DNA of 64,000 nucleotides, from positions 256,935 through 320,934 of the IMG/VR virus record IMGVR_UViG_3300023179_004149. One strand, written 5' to 3'. The notes under the pieces were generated by a model that saw only the letters and a list, made by a program, of their open reading frames with translations, was not told the DNA's origin and searched no databases. A program made the translations under genes and the position numbers. How positions within the stretch are numbered: position 1 is the stretch's first letter; the number at the start of each line of letters is the position of its first letter. Shown one piece after another: positions 31,767 to 41,149 of this stretch.

Positions 31767-31893
31767 TAATCATACACAATTACTCTTAACCCCCTGGTAT
31801 TCACAAGCCCTAATTTGTGTCGCCAGATTCGAACTGACCCCTAATTGTGAGTGCATCTAAAGAGCGCGTGGATGCTTCCTCGTTGTATGATTA
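31767..31893 (-). ncRNA. candidate 127-nt ncRNA with a T-loop hairpin
   Basis: 10-bp closing stem TAATCATACA/TGTATGATTA; internal GCATC/GATGC and TCACAA/TTGTGA; GTCAG-TTCGAAT-CTGGC. Confidence 0.55.
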
Positions 31894-31896
31894 TTG

Positions 31897-32178
31897 TGGT
31901 TGAGACAGGGTTCGAACCTGTAGTGTACTTGGACCCAGTAGTTACTGCTTATCTGGGCGAGTTCCCATGACTCAGACTCACACCCAAAATGCTTCGGTTT
32001 GCAATCATCCTACACATCGGTATCACTGGTACTCCAGCACCCGCAAAGCCACTTCCTTGTCAATTCAAGGTACGTCCAGTTCCAATTGCCTTTGTTATTC
32101 GAAGTCTGCGTTCTTCTTATTCAGTACCTAACTCAGTTTCTTTTTTCGTTAGTGCGTCTGCCATTCCGCCACTCAACC
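31897..32178 (-). ncRNA. 282-nt tRNA-Leu-like RNA with a giant variable-arm insert
   Basis: acceptor GGTTGAG/CTCAACC + A discriminator, D arm GCGGAATGGCAGACGC, anticodon stem CTAAC/GTTAG with 15-nt loop, 203-nt arm closed by GTACT/AGTAC, T arm ACAGG-TTCGAAC-CCTGT. Confidence 0.8.
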
Positions 32179-32183
32179 GTTTT

Positions 32184-32256
32184 AAAAAAAAACCTGACAC
32201 TCTTACCGCTGGGTATGCGGAACAGGTTTTACTTTTTCTAAATGACCCTTCCTGTT
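32184..32256 (-). promoter_or_regulatory. terminator/antiterminator element upstream of the tRNA-like RNA
   Basis: AAAACCTG/CAGGTTTT+T tract competes with AACAGG/CCTGTT. Confidence 0.5.
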
Positions 32257-32267
32257 TCTCTAAATAA

Positions 32268-32598
32268 TGTCCCCGATTATCCCTGATGAGTTGCAGAGCA
32301 TAGTAACCATCCCTCGGATCTTTCTACTTTCCCTATCTTTCAAGGTATCCTCAGATTTCTTCGAACATACCAGCAAAGTTACGTGCCAGCCTCACTGTCG
32401 AAGTACAGTGTATATCATACGGTTAATCAATGTCCGCATGATTTGAATGTTTATACAGCACTTACTTAGGCACCTAAACCCGAAAACATTTAAACGGGTA
32501 CTCTTTTACTTTGTGTAGCCTCCCCCATAGCCGATGAAGCCTTCTAAGTCTGGTTCACACTGTCCATACCAATCGAGTGAATTGGTTTTGTGGGGTCT
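32268..32598 (-). ncRNA. candidate large structured ncRNA (~330 nt)
   Basis: no ORF of 60 aa or more; at least 7 hairpins, including ATCATGCGG/CCGTATGAT, CACTGT/ACAGTG, ACCAAT/ATTGGT. Confidence 0.55.
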
Positions 32599-32605
32599 TC
32601 TTCTC

Positions 32606-33198
32606 TTAGCCTAAGAAAGCTTTTAACTCGTCTGCATAAATGTTACCACAGTAACGCTCATTACCCATACTACCTTCATAAAGACGGTGTTTTAAAGCCG
32701 CTATATTGGTTTCTTCTGGGTTCCACTGACCCTCAAGGCCATAGCAAGAACAGTGACTGCCATTCACCTCATACAGCTTGCCATCCTTCTCAAAGAGAAC
32801 AAAGGCATCACCATTGTAATCCTGATATGAGTAAGACGCGAAAAGTACATTGACATCGGCTAATGATGTTTGAAAGTCATTTTCTAGAGCCTCTTTGGAG
32901 GACCAGTCATTTAAAAATACTGGTGTTTTATTTAACAAGTTTTTCATAATTTTATTGATTTTTATAGCTACCACGCAAGCATTTCATTTGCCGAAACTAA
33001 CTTCTTGTTTTACTTCGCTACAATTATGATGTTTACACCTCTGGTTGTAGCGTACTTGATGGCCCGACCAAGTAAATCTGTTTCCGTTTCATCAAAAGCG
33101 CTATGGTGAAGTATAATATCCTCAACATTATTTTCTTTTGCTTGTCCAACGGCCTTTGCAAAATCGGGTAATTCTTTTTCGATATCTGTGTTGAACAT
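32606..33198 (-). other. two hypothetical CDSs (32606-32947 with GSHCSCYGLE; 33010-33198)
   Basis: ORFs. Confidence 0.7.
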
Positions 33199-33207
33199 GG
33201 TGATGTG

Positions 33208-33654
33208 TTATTTAATAGTTTCAAATGTTGTTGGTGGAAGATCATCATTGGTTTTGAATGAAGCCCAGTTGAATTTGGCGCTCTGTGCGTTATAGTCAGC
33301 AACTATGCTGTTACGCTGTGATACGGTTGCGGTAACCATCTGATCCTGGAGATCAACCTTGTCCTGGTATTGTTTCCTTGTTACAGGATCCCACGACTTA
33401 TGGTCTTTACCGTTGTCGGCCTCGAACTGGTTCCTTATACCATCACGCAATGTTTTGGCGTTTGTGATGTCCTGATCCATTTTCTGGATACGGGCTGACT
33501 GGTTTTTGAACCACTCATACTTTTTCAGCATAGCTGATGGGTCATATTCCTGGTGTGCGGTCTCAACACCATCATTAACGAACCTGCATGAACTGGTTGT
33601 AATATAAAGACCAATGAGTATAAACCCTGTGATAACTAATAATAGCTTTTTCAT
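33208..33654 (-). CDS. putative lipoprotein / membrane-anchored coiled-coil protein
   Basis: signal peptide ending TSSC; helical body. Confidence 0.6.
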   Translation of the reverse strand: MKKLLLVITGFILIGLYITTSSCRFVNDGVETAHQEYDPSAMLKKYEWFKNQSARIQKMDQDITNAKTLRDGIRNQFEADNGKDHKSWDPVTRKQYQDKVDLQDQMVTATVSQRNSIVADYNAQSAKFNWASFKTNDDLPPTTFETIK

Positions 33655-33743
33655 TTGTTTTTGGTTTTTAAAGTGGTGATGTGCTGAGTAATGTTTTCTC
33701 CATGTCTATACACCAGATAATTTCCCTCACCCCAATGTTATTA

Positions 33744-34370
33744 TTATTTTGTTTCGCCTTTCATTTTGGCTTCTTGTTCTTTTTGCCATTTCACAGCTTC
33801 TTCATTTGCTCTGTATAAACCCGTTATTTCATCAACAGGATTTTTGATATCGATTGGTATGTTTGACAGTAAGTAACCTTCACCTTTTTGATAATAATTT
33901 CCATATGGGTCAAACCAGTAAACATATGGGTCTGAATTGCCGTAAGTTCCATCGATCTGAATAAGTTCTGTGGTACGCTGACCCCCAGGTGTTTTAGCAC
34001 CGTAATAGGTGTCGATACCCTGGCCGTTAGCCATACCAGCTGAACATGATGTTGGTTCAAGACGTTTACCAGAACTTGTAACCTTGCAGCGAACAGGTGT
34101 ACGGAGATACATACGGCCATTCATATCAACCAGGTGCATCCAGAGTATTTTAGTCGGATCAGATGTGATCTTTTTCTGGTCGAGAATGTTTTGTTGCTCT
34201 GTGGTGTTATCATCGGCGTTTGTAGGAATGTGGAACTCTTTTGATATGTTCATAGTTATCGCGCCCGAACTGGACTCTTGCGGGAGTCTTGTTTGAACAG
34301 GATCATCGCATGATGTCATTAATGTGCTCAAAGACAGTGGGAGAGCTACCAACAAGATTAACCTTTTCAT
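33744..34370 (-). CDS. lipoprotein
   Basis: MKRLILLVALPLSLSTLMTS-C lipobox; promoter at 34397. Confidence 0.7.
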   Translation of the reverse strand: MKRLILLVALPLSLSTLMTSCDDPVQTRLPQESSSGAITMNISKEFHIPTNADDNTTEQQNILDQKKITSDPTKILWMHLVDMNGRMYLRTPVRCKVTSSGKRLEPTSCSAGMANGQGIDTYYGAKTPGGQRTTELIQIDGTYGNSDPYVYWFDPYGNYYQKGEGYLLSNIPIDIKNPVDEITGLYRANEEAVKWQKEQEAKMKGETK

Positions 34371-34969
34371 TTTCTGTTTTTTAATTTTGAAGAATACAAA
34401 AGTAGAAGAAGTTTCTGATTCTACCAAATTTTTTTCTGATTTTTATTTATTACCGTTTATCTTTTCCTTGCGTTTAATGTAGCTCATCACCTCACTTAAA
34501 CCGAAATAACTATGCATCATTACACATATAACAATGAATGAAGTTTTACGCCTAAGTTTTTCATTGGTTTTCTTATTGATGAGAACCCAAACACAGGTAT
34601 CATGATCATAATGCCAGGAATAATGTCTGCGGAAACGTTTTAACCATCTGATTCTCATAGTTATGTCGTTTATATATGATCATAAATTTAAAAAGAAGAA
34701 TAATACCTTGTTAATTACCTTTGTTTTTCTTTCAGCTTTTCACGTTTTTCACGCTTCTCAACTTTGGTTACCAACCCCTTTATCTCAGCTACTTTAGCTT
34801 CAACTGACTGGGTATCACGAACATTCTTTTTCCACTCAGACTTTGGTGCAAAACTTGCACGTCCGAAACGCACTTCATTATCAGCGTAATCATTGGTTAC
34901 CTTTTCAAAAGTACCGTCTGCCTTTTTTATGACTTTCATCGTTTTTTTTGTTTTTACAAAATTAAGTAA

Positions 34970-35542
34970 TTAGTTTGAGTTTAACAAACTTTGGCGACTA
35001 ATTTCTTTTTTTAGTTTTTCCCTGGCTGAGTTTATATACCATTTGGATGTTCCTACAGAGATCTCAAACATTTCGGCTATTTCCTTATGAGCATACCCCT
35101 CGTAATATAAGAGGAAGATTGCCTTTTCCTTATCAGTTAAAGCACCATCAATGATACCCATGTAGTCGACAATAAACATATCTTCCTCACCCTTATTAAC
35201 TGAGGAATTAGCATATACAACTTTATCAGTGCCAAAAGCATCATCGCTTACGTCATCTACATACATTACAATGTTCTTAACGTTCTTATCAAAGAAATCG
35301 TAGATGTAATTTCTAGCAATGGCTTTTAACCAACCACCGAATGATCCGATGAATGTATAAGATTCAATCTTTTTGAATGCCCTTTGAAAGGAAAGGCTCA
35401 TTATCTCATCGACATGATCCGTCTTATTCATTCTAGCAATAATATACGATCTCATTTCGTTCTTATACATTTCAAATAGCTGGGTTTGAGCCCTTTGGTC
35501 TTGCTTACGACAAGCCAATATCAATTCATTCTCACGTTCCAT
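34970..35542 (-). CDS. ECF-type RNA polymerase sigma factor
   Basis: DQRAQTQLFE, GSFGGWLKAIARN, YEGYAHKEIAEMFEISVGTSK region-4 HTH. Confidence 0.9.
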   Translation of the reverse strand: MERENELILACRKQDQRAQTQLFEMYKNEMRSYIIARMNKTDHVDEIMSLSFQRAFKKIESYTFIGSFGGWLKAIARNYIYDFFDKNVKNIVMYVDDVSDDAFGTDKVVYANSSVNKGEEDMFIVDYMGIIDGALTDKEKAIFLLYYEGYAHKEIAEMFEISVGTSKWYINSAREKLKKEISRQSLLNSN

Positions 35543-36000
35543 TATACACCAATTACACGGTTAATAACTGTTTTTACCAGAGCATTGTCGGCACGGCCAG
35601 CGTACTGCTTATTAAAAGCGCCCATGGTTTTACCAGCCAACACATTAGGATTGGTCACCACACCATCCAAGGTAGGTATAATAGTACGTACAGCGGTTTC
35701 AATCTCAGCTTCGCTCATCTGGGTTGGGAGGTAATTAGTAATAACCTGAACTTCCGCCAATTCTTTTATGGCCAGATCATTACGGTTACCCTTGAGGAAA
35801 GCATCAGCCGATTCTTTACGCTGCTTGATTGCTGTATTTATAACTTTGATGATAGCTGCTTCTGCGAGTTCGGTATTACCGTTAGCTTTTTCGGCTTCGG
35901 TAATTTTTGCTTTCAACGAACTCAATGCGGCCTTAGCCGTTTCATTTTTATCCTTCATTGCCGTTACGAAATCAGCTTGGATTTTTGCTTTGATACTCAT
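35542..36000 (-). CDS. yqeY: GatB/YqeY domain protein
   Basis: AMKDK, KQRKESADAF, YLPTQMSE, GRAD. Confidence 0.9.
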   Translation of the reverse strand: MSIKAKIQADFVTAMKDKNETAKAALSSLKAKITEAEKANGNTELAEAAIIKVINTAIKQRKESADAFLKGNRNDLAIKELAEVQVITNYLPTQMSEAEIETAVRTIIPTLDGVVTNPNVLAGKTMGAFNKQYAGRADNALVKTVINRVIGV

Positions 36001-36313
36001 AGCATTAATTATTTAGAGTACAAATATAGGTCGTTTATTTCAAACCACCAAATTTATTGTCAATTATTTTTACCTATTAACCTAACCGCTTTCGCTGGTA
36101 TGCTCCTGGTGGCGTTATTCAAGGTGTTAATAATCAAACCCTTATCTACACCAGCGTTTAGTTGTTCTTGAATCTTATCCTTAAGATCCAATAAATCCAC
36201 ATATATGGTGTCGTGTAATATGCGATGTTCGTTTTTACTTAACGGCATATGTATTATGATTTGTTATTCTATGAATGAAACGGGATATCTTGGTTGATCC
36301 AGCAAAATATATT

Positions 36314-37216
36314 TTACCGTATGAGTTCTCTTTTTTTGAAATATTCTTTGATAGTCATATCATTCCAGTCAGTTTTATCTGGGTTACGACTTGAAGGTGC
36401 GAAATATCCATCCACCGCATTAATATAGAAGCTATGCTCACCATTGTTAAATATTGACCAGTTTTCATCGGTGAAAAATCGGTTTATCTTTAACTGTTCT
36501 AATGCGAGATTATCAAATGATACAACATCAAATTTATTAAACAATTTGTGAACCCACCAAATCCATTGCTTAATATTTTTGGTTACGTCATCCGTTTTTG
36601 AATTGAAATAATTAACACCATATCCGAATGTTTTATAACCGAGTATGAGGATCTTCTTTACACCGTTATCAACCAACGCCTCAACCTCAGCATAGGTGTC
36701 AATACCAGCGATCACATGGAATACAGTATTACTGTAATCCAATAATTCCTGGGGAACATTCCATTTTAAACCACCACGATATGAGATACCGAGACCTTTG
36801 ATCATATCAGACTCGATAGCTTTATTAAGCAATTGTAGGTCACGTTTAAGGTGACCCTGGTTGATGGTAAGGTTGCAAATATAACCCTTGCATTTCGCCC
36901 ACCAAAGAAACTCAAATAGGTTATCGGTTAATTCGTTAGCCCCTATAGCCAATTCAATACCTTTTGGTAAATCATATAATTTATCTCTCAAATGTAGATA
37001 ATCACACTCCGTACCATCTTGCAATGCCGACTCATGACAGAAGCCACAAAAGCCTGGTGTACCATCGGCTTTGGCACCGAACGCACAACGAGTCATAGTC
37101 CTGATATCTATATTTAATGGATAATCGAGTTGAAGAGTATCTTCATACTCAACAACCCGACTACCATTATTACCAATGCTAACTAAAGCATTACCGTTGT
37201 TATATGTGTGTAACAT
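36314..37216 (-). CDS. radical SAM-like protein
   Basis: PLNIDIR, C...CGFCHE, ELAIG, VSFDNLALEQL. Confidence 0.7.
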   Translation of the reverse strand: MLHTYNNGNALVSIGNNGSRVVEYEDTLQLDYPLNIDIRTMTRCAFGAKADGTPGFCGFCHESALQDGTECDYLHLRDKLYDLPKGIELAIGANELTDNLFEFLWWAKCKGYICNLTINQGHLKRDLQLLNKAIESDMIKGLGISYRGGLKWNVPQELLDYSNTVFHVIAGIDTYAEVEALVDNGVKKILILGYKTFGYGVNYFNSKTDDVTKNIKQWIWWVHKLFNKFDVVSFDNLALEQLKINRFFTDENWSIFNNGEHSFYINAVDGYFAPSSRNPDKTDWNDMTIKEYFKKRELIR

Positions 37217-37252
37217 TGTTTCTTATTTCTTGCAAAGAAAAGAAAACTTTTG

Positions 37253-38167
37253 TTACTTTCCAACTTTTTTCTGCTCTATTTTTGTAAGTAAATATTTAAC
37301 CCTGCGGGTAAATACATCAGCCTTTTCCCGCTTTAATTTTTCTTCGATTTCTTGGCACTTTCCATACCCTTCTTTCGACCAATCCAAAGATTTATTTGCT
37401 GGGTCTTGGTTATACAACTCACGAGCCGCATTCCAGGTATTTTTTGTAAAGATAACTTCTTTTTCCTTAGTGTCGATACTACTATTTCGCCATGAAACGA
37501 ATTCGAAGTAATCATTACCTCGATGAATTTGTGCATATATTGACACGTCATCATCAAAATATAAACCATTACCGTGGTCATACAATTTAACATCACATAA
37601 TATTGCCCGTAAGCCGTCTTCAATTTCTTCTGTTGTTGGCTCATTAAGGAACTTAGTTGTTTTACCGTATCCTTCAACCTTAAGCTCGTATTTGTACTCT
37701 GGAAGTATCATACGATTACCCTTAATCTCAGGCACATGGTAGAATGTTGGGTCTGCTGTGCTATTATCGTTACCGCCGAACAACCATGAGTTCTTGTTAA
37801 ATATGAAGCTCTTAAGTTCTTCACGGTTACTTGGAGCTGTACCATATGATTCATGGTCAATATAACCATCTTCACAATCAAAAATGACTTCTTCAGCACA
37901 CGTCATTTCCTTAATGACGTCAACCAACCTCTCCATAAGGTCTCCGTTACCGTAAAATGATTGTGCTGCGTAGTTTGCTTTGGTTAAAGCATCATTGTGC
38001 TTGAACCACTCCCAACCAAATTCACCACCCGTTAAAAGAATCTGGCCGTTTTGGTCTGGATACAGGGTATCCAATACGAAGTCTTTGCTGTCATCAGCAA
38101 CTGATACACTATGTGCACTTGATGAGTTAGTTTCAAACACCCCCGTTCTAATTAGTTGTTTTTTCAT
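37253..38167 (-). CDS. hypothetical phage protein (FETNSSS.HS family)
   Basis: IRTGVFETNSSSAHS, GEFGW, YIDHES, GNDN. Confidence 0.7.
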   Translation of the reverse strand: MKKQLIRTGVFETNSSSAHSVSVADDSKDFVLDTLYPDQNGQILLTGGEFGWEWFKHNDALTKANYAAQSFYGNGDLMERLVDVIKEMTCAEEVIFDCEDGYIDHESYGTAPSNREELKSFIFNKNSWLFGGNDNSTADPTFYHVPEIKGNRMILPEYKYELKVEGYGKTTKFLNEPTTEEIEDGLRAILCDVKLYDHGNGLYFDDDVSIYAQIHRGNDYFEFVSWRNSSIDTKEKEVIFTKNTWNAARELYNQDPANKSLDWSKEGYGKCQEIEEKLKREKADVFTRRVKYLLTKIEQKKVGK

Positions 38168-38404
38168 TTTTATTTTTTTTAAAGTTTAACATCTCAACTT
38201 CTTTTGTTTCATTAGAAGTTGGTTTTTGCTAGTTTTATACAAGCTGACCTGAGTTCATCAATTGAATTGAAATTTAGTTCTATAGCTAGGTCGGCGATGC
38301 TTTGTACATCACCCTCTAACCAGTGAAAGAAAGTGACATTTGAATTTGATTGTCTGTACTTCTGGTAGTACTGCTCCAGTGTGTTCTGTGTTACCATCAT
38401 ATTA

Positions 38405-38812
38405 TTATAGTATTTTTATTGTTGGAACTTGTTCCATCACATTATCAATCCAGCGATCCAATTCATCTTCTGTATTGAAAAATTGTGTTGTTTTTTTACC
38501 ATCGGCCAAATTAATTTCAACATGGGGATAGTAATATATCACCGAATCGGTTGGATCAATGTAAGCATGATGTTCGGCCAGATATTCAATCAGTTTCTCA
38601 CCTGTGAGATACAGGGATCCGTTAAATGTTTCTTCACAATAACCACTAACAGTTACTGGTGTTTTTCCCAGTATACGGTTCCAAAATCCACCGTTTTCGA
38701 CCCATGTTTTAGCCTTAAGCGTTTTAGGGTAAAGCTGTGTTTTGCGGTAAAGCTGTGTTTTGCGGTGTCCCTTTATGTAGGTAATTTGTGCAAGATTGAT
38801 GTATAATACCAT
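38405..38812 (-). CDS. hypothetical protein with 18-bp tandem duplication
   Basis: RKTQLY x2 (38728-38763); own promoter at 38833. Confidence 0.65.
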   Translation of the reverse strand: MVLYINLAQITYIKGHRKTQLYRKTQLYPKTLKAKTWVENGGFWNRILGKTPVTVSGYCEETFNGSLYLTGEKLIEYLAEHHAYIDPTDSVIYYYPHVEINLADGKKTTQFFNTEDELDRWIDNVMEQVPTIKIL

Positions 38813-38864
38813 TGTTATGTCGTTTTAGAATACAAAAGTAAAATAAAAAATGGAAAGAACCAAA

Positions 38865-39470
38865 TTAATCTTCAAAAAGATTAATCAAATACTGAAACAT
38901 CGGGGCATACATCATACAAACCTCAGCGTTGAAGTATTGACTATCTTCGCCCCAACCTAACTGAGCCATGAAGTCTTTGTTTTCTTTTTTGTACATTTCA
39001 AACTGACGGCTTTGCGTCATTTTAGAATATCGTACATTTGCTATGCGGTCACACATCTTAACAAATACCCCACCCTTAGTTTCACGGATACCCTCATAGT
39101 ATTTAGCATTAGCACGTTCTTTCCTGGTCTTACCCTTCTCGTTGGTAACGGCATATATGACATCAGCCGCACCCTGTCCAAGCTGGTTCTTTACGTCATT
39201 ATAGCTTGTACGGGTATCCTCAATCAAATCATGACCCCAAACAGCCTTACGACAGATTTCCCTTAAGGTTTCAGTTGTCTCACTACTTTTATCATATTCA
39301 CGCTGTCCAGTGAAGTAATCAACAGTGTTGTCAAGTATATGCTCAAACTCAGCTGCCACCTGGTCAGCCATGCGAAGATGAAATTCATATGGAAGATATG
39401 TATCATACATATGATTTGTTTCCTTGTGTTTAGCAATACACCATTTTTCGGTTGAATAGAATTGACTCAT
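38865..39470 (-). CDS. HD-domain hydrolase (SpoT/Mesh1-like)
   Basis: PYEFHL, GHDLIEDT, VKMCDRIAN. Confidence 0.8.
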   Translation of the reverse strand: MSQFYSTEKWCIAKHKETNHMYDTYLPYEFHLRMADQVAAEFEHILDNTVDYFTGQREYDKSSETTETLREICRKAVWGHDLIEDTRTSYNDVKNQLGQGAADVIYAVTNEKGKTRKERANAKYYEGIRETKGGVFVKMCDRIANVRYSKMTQSRQFEMYKKENKDFMAQLGWGEDSQYFNAEVCMMYAPMFQYLINLFED

Positions 39471-39518
39471 AAAATAATATTTGCTTTAAAGATACAAAAT
39501 AAAATTGAGAAAACCAAA

Positions 39519-39881
39519 TTATTGTATGATAAAATAAATTTTCTCTGGAAAGTTACCAAATACCATTGGATGTTTAGTAACATCACATAACCAGATTTCA
39601 AAATTATATTCAATACCATTAAATGTGGATAATTTATACCAGGCACCAGTACCATATTCCCAGCTCTCCAAATCACCTAATCTAACTAAATCAAGGCAAG
39701 TTGCACCAGAAAGCGGTATATCTGCAAGAATAGTCGAAATTCTATCGTTATCTTGCGCCAAAATATCAAGAAAATGGTCTGCGCCCGCTACCATCTGTAA
39801 ATCACTCTTATCGCCCTGCCACCCTGGTATATCAACAAACCAACCTTGTTCGTCTTTGTAAAAATCAAAAGTTCGTATCAT
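39519..39881 (-). CDS. hypothetical protein (DUF6717-like)
   Basis: WFVD, MVAGADHFLD, IWLCDVT. Confidence 0.55.
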   Translation of the reverse strand: MIRTFDFYKDEQGWFVDIPGWQGDKSDLQMVAGADHFLDILAQDNDRISTILADIPLSGATCLDLVRLGDLESWEYGTGAWYKLSTFNGIEYNFEIWLCDVTKHPMVFGNFPEKIYFIIQ

Positions 39882-41089
39882 AAAAGGATATTTTCTATTT
39901 CACCGCTTCTGATCTTGGTTGATGATATATCATCCATCGGCAGATCGCTGTATTTGAAGTTATATAAGTGCTTACCATAAATTGGTATCATCTCACCAAA
40001 ATGCTTTGTTTCGGATTGTCGGCTGGTTATGTACCATTCAACGCCCTGGAAATTAAAAACGTATTCGCAAATAGCCTGTTCACGGCTACCAAAGTAACCG
40101 TCCCAATCCCTAAAAAACCTTTCAATGGTATCCTCACCTATTGGGAATATGATGTTAAGCGTCTCGTAATACTTACGTATCCACTCTACGTTTTTATGGA
40201 ATAATCCGCTTTTAGTTATTATTACATAATAACCGTGTTTTGTTAGGTTTTTAACCCTTTCTTCCAGGACGCCAGTGCTGTTTACCCCCTTGTCGCAGGT
40301 AACCTGCGACAAAACAAGCACGTGTGGATAGTCAGGATACTGTTTCTTGGTGTTTTCGGCTATCTTCTTGTGCATTCTATGAAAAGGATTATAACTACCC
40401 TTCTGCATGATTATACCCTTCGTTTCCCCCTTATTTAAACGTACAATGTCCTCAAAGCGGATCATCTCATTATCAGGAGTAAAGCACAAATAGTTATCGT
40501 TGTCATTCGTGTCGTTATTTATAATAAGTGTAGCCTCAATGTTTTGTTTTAATTCAATTACACCCACACCATTACGATGCGACTCCCAGATAGCATCAAC
40601 AACACCAATAGTCAATGAAGGTGAGTAAAAATGCCTTTCAATAATCTCCATCAGAAGAGTCTCGATCAAACCAATTAACGGTTTTTTCGCTATATACTTT
40701 TCGTAAAGCGAAATATGATAAATTGTATAATGTGGTTCACCATTAATTAACTGACCGATACCAAAATAACCGTGGGTTATTTTATTTTTATCACCCAACT
40801 GAAATGATGAAACAAAGGTTATGGTTTTATCACCAAATTGAATATGATTTCTGGTGAGTTCTGATCTCATCACGTAATACACAAACTCGTGGCTCACACT
40901 ACGCACATCCTTAGTGGATGGGTAATCAAAGTGTTGTGCCTCTTTTGAGTAGGGTTGCTTACCGTAGAGCACCAGCTGGCTGGCACCTGTTGTACTAAGG
41001 AATTCGTTTATCAATAATGCGCCATGTCCACATTCTATGATCGTAGCTTTATAGCCGTCATTTATGAGATTCTTAACTATTTGTGACAT
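39878..41089 (-). CDS. CinA/PncC-like domain fused to NadD-like adenylyltransferase
   Basis: N-terminal ECGHG...GAS...PYSKE...SVSHE; C-terminal GSYNPFHRMH, IGEDT, ISSTKIR. Confidence 0.65.
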   Translation of the reverse strand: MSQIVKNLINDGYKATIIECGHGALLINEFLSTTGASQLVLYGKQPYSKEAQHFDYPSTKDVRSVSHEFVYYVMRSELTRNHIQFGDKTITFVSSFQLGDKNKITHGYFGIGQLINGEPHYTIYHISLYEKYIAKKPLIGLIETLLMEIIERHFYSPSLTIGVVDAIWESHRNGVGVIELKQNIEATLIINNDTNDNDNYLCFTPDNEMIRFEDIVRLNKGETKGIIMQKGSYNPFHRMHKKIAENTKKQYPDYPHVLVLSQVTCDKGVNSTGVLEERVKNLTKHGYYVIITKSGLFHKNVEWIRKYYETLNIIFPIGEDTIERFFRDWDGYFGSREQAICEYVFNFQGVEWYITSRQSETKHFGEMIPIYGKHLYNFKYSDLPMDDISSTKIRSGEIENILL

Positions 41090-41149
41090 AAAAAAAGTGC
41101 CGTCTTTAAGGACAGCACAAAAGTAGTGAATTTATTTGATAAAACCAAA

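Noticed and set aside
31855-31893. Theta/HDV-like ribozyme after the tRNA-like 3' end
   Set aside because: A TCCACG loop is present, but no nested P1/P2 double pseudoknot can be built
31897-32178. Canonical tmRNA or group I intron-containing tRNA-Leu
   Set aside because: No G3:U70 or AA-ending tag; the anticodon stem closes before the insert; no group I core or splice junctions regenerate a 7-nt loop
32281-32312. Hammerhead ribozyme (CTGATGA on the plus strand)
   Set aside because: The following stem is not followed by GAAA; better explained as a minus-strand hairpin
32430-32560. HEARO/omega-RNA similarity (ACCAGACTTAG, CTAC, TAAAC words)
   Set aside because: Only scattered short words match, and there is no adjacent IscB/IsrB or HNH gene
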